DNA of 63,066 bases, counting the filler, from Folioceros fuciformis (taxonomy: Eukaryota), in the NCBI GenBank assembly GCA_049999805.1. It is 8 parts of 8 records of this genome, joined end to end, with 100 filler letters (N's around TTAATTAATTAA, not from the genome) between each part and the next. Parts side by side here need not be neighbours in the genome. Positions count along the whole stretch, not along the records: positions 6,927 to 21,990 come from JBNGIO010003462.1; positions 22,091 to 30,198 come from JBNGIO010003464.1; 6 more parts are not named here. One strand, written 5' to 3'. How positions within the stretch are numbered: position 1 is the first letter of the stretch; the number at the start of each line of letters is the position of its first letter. Positions 14,598-27,788 of this stretch are shown piece after piece. The notes beneath the pieces are model-generated. The model made no database searches and had not been told where the DNA came from. It saw only the letters and a program-made list of their open reading frames with translations. The position numbers were made by a program, and so were the translations under genes.

Positions 14598-15858
14598 TGC
14601 CTTCCCCGGACGCTCAATGCTGCCTCATCCGCCGATGTTGTAGACCAAGCAGGAGGCGTAAGGGGATCTGCTGCCGACTCGTGTACTTACAAGTAGCAGC
14701 TACTTCGAGTGCGAGGAATCTTTATCATGTCCTTCACCCTCTTCCCACATGATCCTGTCCTCCACTTGCTTGTTACACCTACCAGACACGCGCATTATAG
14801 GACTGTTACTCGCCATCACCATCTCACAGCGCAATCGCAGCAACTCGTCCCTTCAGCAGGAATGTTGGTCCTTCCACTGGAGAAGGCATTGCCTCCACTG
14901 CAAGCAAGCCAATTAATACCTGTTCAGGACGAGCGTGGAGGCAACAATGTAAGTGGAGAAAGTGGTGCAGCTGGCACTAAGTGGTGGAGCTAGCACTCAA
15001 TCCCAGTTGCAAGGATCATAGCCAAGGAAGTTTTGTGTTTTTCCAGGACTGCCATCTCCTTCTACCTTTTCAAGATGTGACTCGCCTTCTTGCGCCTTTT
15101 GTGTCCCTCACCTCCTCGCACTGCGAAAGATACAAGCTTTCGATGAAAGCAAAGGATGCGCGTGATATGGAGAGTGGCTGTGAAATCGTTGCTTTCAAAG
15201 CGTGGTGGCAGAGCATCCGTGGTAGCAGTTTAGACAGGAAAACCTTCAGCGAAAGCTGCCATTCGAAGCTCATATACACACTTATGACTTTCGTCTCACT
15301 GATGCAGTTCATTTCATCGATACAATTTCACACCGAAAACCACTAGATTTGAGTGGCTTTGTCCTTCACTTCACTAGGGTGGCGTAAGTGCGTTTTTCCA
15401 CCGTTGTGGTAGAGAAACACGGGCAACTTTCGAAGGATTCCTGAGCTCCTCAAAATACATTTGCCTCGATTTTGACTATTGCTGTGCCCTAAGCTACCGT
15501 CACATTCTGTCGTCACGATTCGTGTAGGGTTTTACGCGGCACCGACTAGTGTGACAGGTGAGGAAAACCCCAGAAACCTGCAATGGCCCCTGTGGGGATG
15601 GTTTCACGAGATGATGGTATCTCCTGTGCATTGCAGACCGATGTGGCTGCCTTTGCGTATATGGCTAGGTTATAGGTAAGGGTACAAGGTTGATTTCGTA
15701 GCTCGATTCTAGAAAGCGAAGAGCTTCCAACAAACTGTTGTGGCCAGCTCACGGGGAACGTCTGGTATGGCATGATTAGTGTGCGGATGCGTTAGCTGGA
15801 CAGGAGCAGCAAGTTTTCATGCGTGACTGTTGAAGTATCTGGCGACTTCAGGGGGGAT

Positions 15859-18009
15859 ATGGCAGGGGGTGCGATTTCAGCGTATGCTGTGCTTTTCCTT
15901 GTGCTGGCAGCTAACTGGTTGGAAGGAGGGAAATGTGTGCCCGATTATGGACTGGATGCTGCAATCTCCCAGGCGAAGACGGATCCCCTTGGCTTAGAGG
16001 ACAGCTATACTAGCCTGTCCCCCCGTTTGAAGTCGCGTCTGTCCCAGCTGTCGAACCATGACCTCTCACAGAAGCGAGAGAGTCTGCTGTCTCTCCAGAC
16101 AACGCATCGGGTGGCGGTTAACCTTGTAGGGTTCTCGGAATATCAGCTTGCTCAACTGCGCCGATATCTGGACGTTCTGAGTCAGGACACACATGTGAAG
16201 GTGATAGGCCAGGAACCCCATCAGCTTTTGATCAAAATGGGAATTGCTTTTGATCTAGAGGTGAGGAACGATCTTGAGGGCCAGATATTCGCTGCCATAT
16301 CTACGTACGTGGAACGGATGTCTTACACCACTGCTTCGACCGCGCTGATGAGTGTCCCGCACAAGCATGTTGACGATATTATTGCCGCCTATGAAGATCA
16401 TGAAACAGATTCTTATGCTGTGTACCTTCTCAACTTGAAACCTCAAAAGCGTCGCTACGCATACTCGTATGCCGAGAAGTCTTCTTACTTAAGGTGCTTA
16501 GGGACTCACTGGGCAGGTATCTGATGTGGCCACATTTTTGTTTTGTCCTGAGTTGTGAATGAACGGAGAGTTGTTCTAACGTACTAGTGGTTGCGGGTCG
16601 TAGGTGAACAACGGTACATGTGGATCGATTTAGCAGCTGGCCCAGTGGAGTATGGCCCTAACATGGGAGGGGAAGGGTTCGTGAAAGGGGTAGTCATGCC
16701 TCATAGACAGTCGTACTCACCAGATGAGGGACGATCGGTTTATCTTTCAGACCTAGCTTCTTTATTATGGAGTGCTGCACGCATGCTTATCATCCCAGCT
16801 ATTCGGACACCTGTACATTTCGAAGAACAGACGGAAGTTCACTTCTACCACATACAAGGGTCAGATATGGAGCTCCTGAACTGGAGTGACGACAGAGATC
16901 CAGATGGAACAGATTCAGAGCAAGGGACAGGTGGAAAGGGTCTGAACTGGAAGAGGATTGAAGGAGCGTTCCGCAAAGAAAGCAAGGATGTTGTAATGCT
17001 TGCAGGGCAGACACTGAAGTTTACAACTTTCAGCTTGCAGTTTTCCTCTTGCCCTCTTTGTATTACAGCTTTCACGCGGTCTTTGAAATCATACACTTCT
17101 CGCATTCTTCTGGACAGGTTTAGTCTATTTGTACATGAGTACCTGGACTCTAAGCAGCTTCACGTTCTGCTTTCTGAGTACTCTGAGGAAATATCTGAGC
17201 AGGCTGGGGTTCCAGAAGTGACAAGAGACCAACCGCCACGCATAATTCCTGTCTACATATTTGATATAGACTCAGAGAAGCAGCTGGCTCTCGACCGTTT
17301 CCATCAGGTTATACCTTTCAGAGACATGGTCATTGCAGTTCGAAGTAAGTCGGGTCAGATGGTTTCTGATTATTCCTGCAACGGACGTCCTACAATCACA
17401 CAGATTCGGGAACTTGAGCGTCCACTTGTGGGAGCGTTGCTGCAGACAGTATGGGGTGTGGCTCCTACACACGTGAGCTGGAGTGCACAGCATAACAGTA
17501 CAGTGGTAGACTACCGATGGAGTGTTGGGCAGACTCCATTTGGTCCATTTTCAGAGCTTTTTTCTCTATCCTTTGGTCAATCCGACCCAGCACGACGAAA
17601 TGTGCTGCTTACTATGCTGAATTCGACAGTGTCAGCAGCCCTGGATGTGTTGGATTCTGTTGACACGCAAGGTGGGGAGAAGAATTTATTTGGCAGTCCC
17701 AAGAAGCTTGTCGAGTACAACCAGCGCTGGAACTTGTTTGTACACAAGCTCAACAAGGCAGTCTCAGCGATTTCTCATTTTGACTTCGACACGGCTTTGT
17801 TCTTCCTTAAGTCATCGGAACATGATCTGTTCGCAGTTCATTCAGCGGTCTTCACCGCCTCTGGGCTGTTGGTGGCAACCATTGAGTGCTTTCAGGATCC
17901 TCCCTTTACATGGGTGTGGATATTTGTTTTGTTCGGACTTTTCACGGTGGCGCTCTACATCTGGTTCAGAAGGGATCAAATTTTTATCAATAAGAGGAAA
18001 GTGTTTTAA
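15859..18009 (+). CDS. Uncharacterised protein with signal peptide and C-terminal TM helix (intron 16517-16603)
   Basis: Two long ORFs joined in frame by a GT-AG intron. Motifs RYMWIDLAAGPVEYGP and LLQTVWGVAPTH are ones I recognise from a conserved plant family of unknown function. C-terminal TM helix plus basic tail. Confidence 0.85.
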
Positions 18010-18301
18010 TGCAGGCTAATCATAGCATTAATAGGGAATCTTCAGGGCACCTGCTTTGGTATGGCCCTTCTGAGCTGCCGAAAGTCAATTCCGAATCCAG
18101 TGCGCAGTTGTTTTGCAATGGTCAGTGGTGTCACTGCGCGGGAGGATCCTGTTGGCTAGAAGAGTTTTGCCCCAGTGAAAGGCACCTGCTAGAAATATGT
18201 TATCTAACACCTCTGCCATGGGTCTCGGATGTTTCTGCTTGAAGCAGACAGCAGTTAGCTCGAGCATGTACGTGCAACTAGCGGGACACCGAAATGCACG
18301 T

Positions 18302-19525
18302 CTAGAACCCAAGCGCCTGAGGTGCGAGCTTCTCCAGCACGTGCGCAGCTCCTGCCGCAAATTTACGGGCAAACAGGAAACATGGTGCGTGTCTGATGGC
18401 CATGTGCGAACATGGCAAGGACGCGTTGTGCGCTGCAGTATCATGTCGGGCTCCCACCATGTCGAATTGCAAACCTCGAATCTCATGTAGAAACTCTAGA
18501 GAAATTGTATCCACATCGTAGGTGAAGGGTGAACTCGTGTGAGGATGCGTCCAGTCAACGTACATGATTGTCCGGTTCGCGATACCCCTTGCATCCTTGA
18601 TATGCAGGAGCGTCTGGATGAACTGCTCATCAGGAGCACACATCCAATTGCAATCTCGAAGAAATTTGTAGTACAAGGACCACTCACCCACAATCATTCG
18701 GGCGTGCCTGCGATGCACTGCCATCCAGAGCTCACCCTTCCTAAGCTTGTCCATGGAAAAATCAGGCCGACTGTCCCAGCTCAGATATCCATCCACCGGC
18801 CGGAAGGACTCAACGAAGCTCACTCTGGAGCTCATCAAGTAATTGTAGACGAACGGAAGATCGCGAAGCGGGATGGTTGATTCGCATACGAAGGTGAACC
18901 ATTCGTTGGACTGCTCTTCATCCAAAAGTGCGTTGGCCAGGAGCCTTCTCATTGCATCCACCAGGCTACCAGAGAGCCTTTCTACCGGTTTGCTGGCAAT
19001 CTCTTTGCCCCAAAAAATAGAGCCCCTAGGGTATCTGAAACTTGGAGATGCATGTACGTAGATGGAGTACTTGTCCTCATGACCCGCCAGGAATTTCCTC
19101 CACAGTGCCTCGTGCGGCATCTCTCCCCGTACAATAAACAGAAATGCTACCCTGCGGAGGGCTGAAGACTGAGGCGCTCCAGCTGCAGTGCTTGCTCTCA
19201 TCAACAATTCCGCTTCTGTCAGATGCTTCCATGTTTTGCTGTAACGAACGATGGTCGGAACAAGTAGTGCTGTCAATTCCTCCCTTCTCTGTCCGCTGTC
19301 ATCTCCCACAAGAAGCCTGGACAAGAAGGTTCGTGTGGTTGTCGATTTCCGTGTGCTGCCATCCTCCTGGCTGGAGACAGCAATGTTGATCCCCAACCGG
19401 CTCGGCCTGAATGTCGATGGTGACGACACCGACCACAGTTGCAGGATCAGGACGACAGCTGCAGCACACACCATCGCGGTGCACACCATCATCTGCCTGT
19501 ACTCGCAACGGTACGAGGCGCCCAT
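18302..19525 (-). CDS. Core-2/I-branching-like (GT14-like/DUF266, BC10-type) glycosyltransferase, intronless
   Basis: Type II TM anchor, RVAFLFIVRGEMPHEALW, YSIYVHASP, AMRRLLANALLD, CESTIPL, APDEQFIQT, CFLFARKF. Confidence 0.92.
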   Translation of the reverse strand: MGASYRCEYRQMMVCTAMVCAAAVVLILQLWSVSSPSTFRPSRLGINIAVSSQEDGSTRKSTTTRTFLSRLLVGDDSGQRREELTALLVPTIVRYSKTWKHLTEAELLMRASTAAGAPQSSALRRVAFLFIVRGEMPHEALWRKFLAGHEDKYSIYVHASPSFRYPRGSIFWGKEIASKPVERLSGSLVDAMRRLLANALLDEEQSNEWFTFVCESTIPLRDLPFVYNYLMSSRVSFVESFRPVDGYLSWDSRPDFSMDKLRKGELWMAVHRRHARMIVGEWSLYYKFLRDCNWMCAPDEQFIQTLLHIKDARGIANRTIMYVDWTHPHTSSPFTYDVDTISLEFLHEIRGLQFDMVGARHDTAAHNASLPCSHMAIRHAPCFLFARKFAAGAAHVLEKLAPQALGF

Positions 19526-20475
19526 GCCTTTGTCTCGCAAGAAAGCCAAATTGCCACATCGTATGCAAGAAAGGTGACAAGCGCCTCAAGAACCCTTTCA
19601 GCTGAAGGCAGAGTTTCACGGGCTCGGGACTCGCCAGGCGGGTGAGAGGAGAGGCGGTTGTCATTAGGGTTACTGACGGTCAGGTGGTATCCACATATGT
19701 ATGATCACATGGTGAACAGTCAGGTGCTTGGACCGTCAAAGTGAGCACCTGTGAACTTCTAACTTTCTGGCTGTTGAAGGCTGTACCACAACAGGAGCTC
19801 GACTGCGTCTGCCTCACACTTCTCCGTCATGCATAATGTATGTATGTATGTCTAGGGTGTGGGAGGTACCAGCGGGACGTTTCGCGAACCCACAAGACCA
19901 CCCCTGCGACTCAAGTGGTCCTACTTGCGTGTACTACTCACTTTCGTCGCAAGTAGTCCCGTGGGAGCAAGCGACCCGCACACACACCCTGGGGCCACGT
20001 TAGCCTTACCTCGAGTAGGTGGCATGAACGCTTTCGGAGCTGTGCACGGTAAGTGCAATCACAGGTCCACAAAGGTTCCTCACTTTCTGTACATAGAGGT
20101 CTTTGATGCCGGCGGCAGGTAGCTCCTGCGGTGAGGAAAAGTCCTTGGGCGAGGTAGGACCAGAAATCGCTTGACCACCGCCACCTGCGACTCTCGGATA
20201 CTGGGAGAGAAATTGAAGTTTGAGTTTCTCGAGAGGGATCCGCAGTCCGCTACCAGTCACCCGCAGCTTCTCCAGCTCACTAGCAGTCAACGTCCCCCTC
20301 GGCAACGCCTGTTCTTGGAATAAAGCGCACTCCACAACCACAAAGAAACGGCGAAGACACTCNNNNNNNNNNNNNNNNNNNNNNNNNNNNNNNNNNNNNN
20401 NNNNNNNNNNNNNNNNNNNNNNNNNNNNNNNNNNNNNNNNNNNNNNNNNNNNNNNNNNNNNNGCGTCAGCCATAC

Positions 20476-21022
20476 CTCCGGTCTGACCTCAGCTGCCGCC
20501 GCCTCCAGAGCCTCGATCTTCACTGCAGCCTCGTCCTCAAGTCGCTTCACGTTCCATCCCGTGCTACTGCTAACCTGACGCACATACAAACACAAACACA
20601 GACTCAGACTCAGACTCAGATTAAGAAGAAAGGGCATAGTACACCTCAGCCTCAAGCAAAGACTAAGTAGATCCAACATCGTCATCCGACCCTCCAATTT
20701 AATCACTACTAGTGTACCTTCTCCATCTGCTTCTTAAACTCAGCAGCTCGCTGAGCACGGTACACGGCAACCTCCTCCTCCGCCTCCTCCGTCGCGCGAC
20801 GCAATCTTGCAACCTTTGCTGCCAAACTCCAACCAAACCACGCTTCCTCCCTAACACCACAGCCAAAAACCAGCGCTAACAAATCCCCCTCACGAATCAC
20901 TCACTCTCACCAGCTCTGGCACTGGCCACAATCTGCTGCGCCTCCTGCTCTGCCGCCAGCAGCATCCGGATCCCGCTCTCCTCCATCTCCATCCCGATCT
21001 CCCAGACGCCAGATCCCGCCAT
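20476..21022 (-). CDS. VHA-G: V-ATPase subunit G (3 exons seen; 3' end in or after gap 20363-20462; start could also be 20992 or 20986)
   Basis: GIRMLLAAEQEAQQIVASARA/AKVARLRRATEEAEEEVAVYRAQR/NVKRLEDEAAVKIEAL. Confidence 0.88.
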
Positions 21023-21811
21023 CACCGCCTTACAGCCGCTCCACAGACCGCGTAACGGTCCCGTTCCCCCGCCCCGCGTAACAAAAACATGACATAGCCT
21101 AACATACTGTAATCTGATTCCCCGCGAACGCGTGGGGCCATCACGCCATCCAAGTACTGTACGTATGTACATCCACGTCACAGCCACGCGCTGGAGCGTG
21201 CTGAGCCACCACGAGCGAGTTGCTGCGACTTGCGCTACTGCACTCCTCCTGGCCATGACAAAGACAAATCCCACCAATCGCAGCACTGACGGCCTGTCCC
21301 CGCGGCCCCGGCCCTCGGCCCCCGTCCCGGGAACACAGCACTGCCAGCGGGCCATCAGGCTCGCCTGGCACAATCCATTTCGCCAGCCCACACAGCCCGA
21401 CCCGGGCCCCAGCCACACACGCCCCTATCAGACTGGCCCACTAACCCAGCCTGTGATGACGAGCTCGCGCAGCCGGCTGGCCACCATCGCACACTCCCAC
21501 CCGAGCCCCTGGTTTTCTCCAACCTGCCTGCAGTTGATGCAGCTTTTGGTCACCTCCTAATTGGCTACACCTCAGTCCGAAGAGAGTCCAAATTCATAGA
21601 TATAATCACTTTTTGGAATATCGAAAGACAAGGGTACTTATCACTCGGAGTTTGATGAAGCGGTTGCTGTCGACATGACAAACAAAGCCGTAATGTGATG
21701 GTGTGCAAAGCTTATCCCAACGGCACCTATACAGTCCCAGTTGTTTTTTTTCTGTGTAAAACATGATAACGTAGGAGAGAGAGGAGGCTTGCTACCTACT
21801 TGTATCTGCCT

Positions 21812-21872
21812 TCGTCTCGTCGCGTCTCGTCTCGTCTAGTCTCGTCCCGTCCCGTCTCGTCTCGGCTCGTCC
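21812..21872 (+). repeat. (TCGTC)n imperfect pentanucleotide microsatellite
   Basis: Visible in the sequence. Confidence 0.8.
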
Positions 21873-22741
21873 CCTGGTCGGGAGTCTGTTACGGTATTAA
21901 GAGTAAGCATCAGCAGCCAGTTGATGCGCAATTGGACTAAGAAGGTGGAAGAATGCGATGGCATTGGGGCGTGGGGCCGGGGGCAGGCCGNNNNNNNNNN
22001 NNNNNNNNNNNNNNNNNNNNNNNNNNNNNNNNNNTTAATTAATTAANNNNNNNNNNNNNNNNNNNNNNNNNNNNNNNNNNNNNNNNNNNNGCCCAGCCCA
22101 GCCCAGCCCCGCCTGCTCTTGCCATCGCTGCTGCTCCTTTCGCCTGCCGTTGCTCGCCAGCCTTCAGCGTCTTTGGCCGCCTGCCACCTTATTGCGGATC
22201 GCGCTTCGCTTTTCCGTTTCGGGCACGGACCGCCTTGTATTTCTTTCTCCAACGCCTCCCTGTGCGTAGGAGGAGGAGGAGGAGGAGACGAGGCTGGATT
22301 GAGTGAGTGTGCTCAGCCCTCCCTCCGAGTGACTGAGCGATTGAGCGGCAGGAAGGAATTTGGCCGCTGCCTGTGTTGGCACTTGAGGGACGTCCGCCGC
22401 AGGCCAATTTGTTCCGACCTGCGCGATTGATTGCCCTGCGGCAACTCCTCAAATTTGGCGCCAGATCAGGCGGCGGGTGCATTTCTTGGCCCGTTTTTAT
22501 GCCGCACGAAGGCCGCCTGGTGCGGGAGTACGGAAGGAGGTGCTGGAGTACCTGCTGCCGCGAACAGCTGCCGATTTGTACCGTACCGGCGGAGGCTGGT
22601 GACAATGTCCTTGTCAAGATGTGAGGATTGAGACCGGCTTTTGAATTGCCTCTTCTTTCTTTCTGCGGTGGCACCGTCTCGGTCTTGTGCGACCCTCGCC
22701 CATCAGGCCTAGCTCGTGCTTGCGTCTGGTAACAGGCCGCC

Positions 22742-24161
22742 ATGGTACTGAAGACCGCCAGATCGGTTTCTCTCTCCCGGTCCGATGCCTTCTTCCACAA
22801 GCGGTGTCGTCCGTGCAAGAAGGTGTGCAAGAGCTTGAGGCCGGACAGCTCCGTGGCCAGCCTTGCGGGAGCTTCCTCCACTGCGTGCCTGGCTGAGCGG
22901 CCGCTCTCCAATTTCCCCGTGGACATTGGGAGCCTTGAGGGCCTTGATGACGACATTTTGAAGACTGTGTCTTCCCGTCTGTCGGTTCCGGACCTCTGCG
23001 TGCTTGCGCAGGTGAGGCTTCATTTTGGCTCGTCCTGGTTTGAAGGTTTCGGCATCTGTTTTGCTTNNNNNNNNNNNNNNNNNNNNNNNNNNNNNNNNNN
23101 NNNNNNNNNNNNNNNNNNNNNNNNNNNNNNNNNNNNNNNNNNNNNNNNNNNNNNNNNNNNNNNNNNGGCCCGCCCTGTTCTTGCTTCCAGGTGAACAAGA
23201 ACTACCACGAGGTTTTCTCTTCCGATGAGATTTGGCAGCAACACTCGTCGATCAAGGGAATCTGCAAGACCGAAGAGGACAAGAGCTGGAAGTGGAACTA
23301 CATGGCCGCCGCCACCGGTATCCTCAGTTGCAGACCTCGCGTCGGCAAACTACACTTCTCTGGAGACATCGTGATCCTTGACCCGTAAGTGATCGCCAAA
23401 GTTTCTCTTCTCTGCTTCTGAAATCGAGGTCATTTAGTCATGCATTCGAGAACCAATGCCCTGTCCTTCTGGCGTCTGATTGCAGCCTGCGGATCTTCTT
23501 CACGAACAACGCAAGCCGCCAAGCAGAGTTCCAGGAAACTCTCAACAGACATGGGCTCACAGATCTCCTTGTCACCTATCGCGGAGTCAGCTGTGCTATT
23601 TTTCCTACCACCTATGGCCTCGACGAAACGGCGTTTGAGGTTTTCAGGGGCACTCGCGAAGGAAATGCGAGTGCCGATATCACGAATTCTGGCAGGGTCG
23701 CCGTGATGCCATCTGAGCTTTTTACGATGCTCAAGGAAGAAAACTCCGATCCGTTTCTCGATCATGGAGTTCGAGTGAGTGGGGTGAACGGCCAGATCTT
23801 CAGCAGTCATGATGGAGACTTCTATATACGCCACCCCGATCACTCAAGTGGGATTCCCGTGGAGATAGCAGAAGGAGTGGTCGACCATGCTGACGTTCTG
23901 TGCACAACAGGTAAATTCCAAATCATCCCGCTCCCCATCCTAGCCCTCGTTTTCCCCTCTCCCTTACTTCCGAAGTTCTTGCGCGCTCTCTTACCGAGCC
24001 TTCTCTTTGCAGGGGGAAGCTGGACTTTAGACATGGATGAAGACAGCGATGATGAGGATTGTGCACTTCTGAGTGAAGACAGATTAATGGAGGTCATCAG
24101 AGACATGTCAGACTCAGATTTTGAGGACTTGGATGAAACTACAAGAGATGGTGACATGTGA
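22742..24161 (+). CDS. F-box protein with unassigned C-terminal domain and acidic tail (exons ~22742-23011, 23191-23384, 23486-23910, 24013-24161)
   Basis: F-box LEGLDDDILKTVSSRLSVPDLCVLAQ/VNKNYHEVFSSDEIWQQ. Splicing at GT-AG sites keeps the frame. The start codon is uncertain. Confidence 0.75.
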
Positions 24162-24879
24162 GGATCTCTTCCAGAACGACTGGCCCGGTTTTAAGTGTTG
24201 GGTTAGTTCCTCATGAGTTCCACACTCAGGGGAACATGTATACTACAGAATGGAATGCGCTTGCCCTTACATCTCGACATCATTCCGTTAGGTTGGGCCG
24301 GCAGTTCCAGGCGGATATATGCATATATGTTGGGTGTCAGCTCTTTAGGTTGCAAGCCTTCTCTAACACGAAGCTTGCACAGCGAATGGAGTGAGCTACA
24401 CTCGGGAGTCTCATAATACAACTAGGGTATGTCCAAATTTTTGGCGCAGATTAGGGATGGTCCGAGGTATCATTAAGATAACATTCAATAGTGGAAGGCC
24501 AATTGATTTCTTTTCCTGTATAGTACAAGCTCAGCTGCAATTTTTGGCTGTCACAGCTTGTCCTGCATTGTAAGTAACATGGTTCTTTGAATCATTTCTA
24601 GTTATGAGTAATTTCGTTGGGGCCTAGTGTCTGCACTCAGTCCACAAGTTCCACCGGAATAGTGTCTGTACTCTGTCCACAAATTCCACCTTCTGGGGGT
24701 TGACTTCATCATTTTATAAATATCTCGTGTTTGCCGTTTTGAACAGTCTCTTCATACCAGAAAAATGGGTACCTGTGTGGATCACGCTAGACCCAGTTCA
24801 GTCCCGCCACCTTCCGCACACTCGCCTTTCGTCTTAATTCATGTACCTCTGCAGCAGAGTCTCACATGCCAGCAAAGGG

Positions 24880-26840
24880 CATAGATATTTGACATAAGCA
24901 TATAAGATGGTCAGCGGGTCTCGCAGAAATGCCATTTCTGCGATGAGCTCGTCTGCCCTTCCTTTACAATGCCACCATCACTACACGCTGACAGGAGTGG
25001 CAGACGTGTGACTTCAGCTGGCTTCACGCCTGCCTGTGCCCTTTGTTCAAAGCACTGATTGCTCTTAAGTCCCACCGTGCTAGGCATAACCAGCGATCAG
25101 TGCCGTCCATGACCACACGTGATGCATCTACAACGAATGAAAAGCTTTCTGAGCTTCCACCACGCTCCCACACTTGTGGTACGTAGGCGTAGGGGAGGTC
25201 AAAACACTCAAATGTGAATGATAACTGTGGGCCGAAACATGATGAATCTGACCACAAATATGCAGTGCGCCTGTATAGTATACTGCACGCTTGCAGAACA
25301 CACAAATCTGTGGCTTCATTCCGTTTCACCCCGTCTTTGGGCATTTGGGCCCCAGAGTCTTCTCGGATAGTCCATGATCGACGTATCCCGCAAGTATTGC
25401 ATTCCACAACACCACCTTTGGCTGGGAGATTGTGTCAAAGACATCGCGCATCAGCAATGCTTTCGCACTTTGAATACGTGTGGACAAGACTGCTACATAC
25501 GTCTGACCCATAGCCCCCCACCAACACCTTCCGCATGTAACACCCTCGCTTTTTCCAGGGTTTCCATACTAAGGAACTGTCCACCCGCTGGCGGTTTTTC
25601 TTCCTTGGATCCTTGGCTGCTACAAATAGATCGACGAAGGTCCGATTGTCTGGTCTAATGCCTTCCTATTGCATCCCAGCAAATAGCTGCAGAGCTTCCT
25701 CTCCTGGTTCTTGCTCAGCGAAACCAGCAATCCCATGAAACCACAGTGCGTGGAGACAGGACATCCCGGGCATCCAACAAGCTCCCACTCTTCGCATACA
25801 TGTAGATTAGAGAGCTTTCAACAGACTTATGAGAGGTGTAACTCAAATTCAGACGCTCGAGCATATACTCCTTTCACCTTCATGGCTGAATTCAGTTTCA
25901 CAATTTTTCCATCTAGAGGAACGCACTCCTCCCTCTCTGTGAGGCTGCCACACGCCTTCAGCACACCAACAACAGCCCGATCAGTTGGTTTGACACCTTC
26001 CTGTTGAATTAGGGGGTACGCAAGCAACGCCCTCTCCTCCCCTCAAGTGTGCATGGCCTGCAATCATTGCAATCCATGCTACCACGCCCTGCAGCGAAAA
26101 TGCTTCAAACACTTACTCTGCATCCTTGCGGCTTCCAAATTTTGCATAGGTGTGAACAAGAGTATTCCCACGAAAAGCATCTGATTCAGATCCTCTTTGA
26201 ACGACTTGAGCATGCATCACCATAACTTTTCATAACAAATACTCTTCGAGGAATGTCCTTTTCGAAAGACTGTCTCCTCTATCTGCAAGACTTCCCAGTG
26301 ACTTAAGCATACTGACGCATGTCCTCTTACTGGGACTGATACCTTCTTCTCGCATTCGGTTATACAGCTGCAGAGCCGTCTCACCTTGCCCGGCTCCCAT
26401 CCCCATATCCCTCTATCATGCACTCCAAGTCACTGCATTACGCTCGGACATTGAATCAAACACCTGCCACGCATCGATGACGCTTCCTTAATTCGCATAC
26501 ATGTTAACAAGAGAAACATGTTTGCCAATAAGCAAATCAGGCATGCACATGTACTCAACCACATCAGCATGGATCATTCGACCTTCCTCCAGGTCCAAGA
26601 TGCTGCAACAAGCTTTCAGTACGCCGAGCGGAGTTTGCCTCCTGGGGTGGACACCTCCTCTTGCATTCTCCTGTACATGTTCAGAGCTTCCCTCCTTCGA
26701 CCATCCTTAACATACCCCGAAATAACAGCATTCCAGGAACATACAGTCCTCTGTGAAACACGTGCAAAGCATCTCAAACATCCCGCGGGCATTTTACCAG
26801 CATGGTGACCATACATCATGTTTGTCTATAGCCCATCTCT
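24880..26840 (-). pseudogene. Decayed PLS-class PPR gene (boundaries approximate)
   Basis: Fragments such as RTVCSWNAVISGYVKDGRRREALNMYRRMQEE, RDVFDTISQPKVVLWNAILAGYV and GVKPTDRAVVGVLKACGSL are scattered over frames with stops and frameshifts. Confidence 0.85.
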
Positions 26841-27788
26841 CGCTAGATGAGTATGAAGTCGCTTGGACTCAGCCAGGGACGTCTTTCTGGTGCATGCCTG
26901 CCTGCTCTAAGTAGCCATACATCTGCACTGAACGTCGGTCCATTCGAAGCAAATTACCCCAGGCTATGGGCACCCATCCTTCCGCACAAAGACCCTCACG
27001 ACGTAGTCTACCATCATTTTCCAACCAGTTGGCTTTCCTACGAAAGGAGAGGGAGGAATGGGTCGGGGCGTGAACACGCCAGGCACCTGAATTCATGAAG
27101 CACTGGCCATGGGACCATGTATACCAAAAATTGGGCCCATTTCTAGATGTGTGCAACATGACCAGGAATGGGCCAAATTTCGAACAATTTGACGCCTTCC
27201 ACCAGCTTCACCCACTCTGACCAATGGTTTAACAGATGGTAAAGAAATTACTATAGTTTACTACATGATACCACATTCTGAGGCCTTGTGCTTCTTATCG
27301 TTCCCTACAATTTGTCTCCTACACCTTCTTCAGCCACCCTAGCTAAATAGTTTAACAAAAGTGAAACAATCTACACCAAATTCCACTCCTCCTATTGGAC
27401 CAAACTAGAGTCCTCTCTCGTCCATCTTCATCACCCGCGTTGCGTGTGAAAGATATTATTTTAGGCATTGGTCATTCATCAAGCCAAAGGCCACCAGCTC
27501 AAGGGAAAAACTTCGTTATTTGCCATCGCCAGCAACTCATGAAATGGCGTCGAGGGGGCTTTGAGGATGAGGTAAAGTGCTGCACAGATAGTATAACTAC
27601 ATATTTAAGGGAGTATCGGTCCCTAGCTACAGCCGTCTCTAGTGACCAGAAGCAAATATTCACGCTTCACGAGCTCAGTGTTCAACACGCCAAAAAACCA
27701 GACGACGATCTTTGGTACCTCACCCATATCCAAGATATGGGCTGACACCAAAATCTTCATCTAACGCCCGTGGGACGCCATTGCCCAC

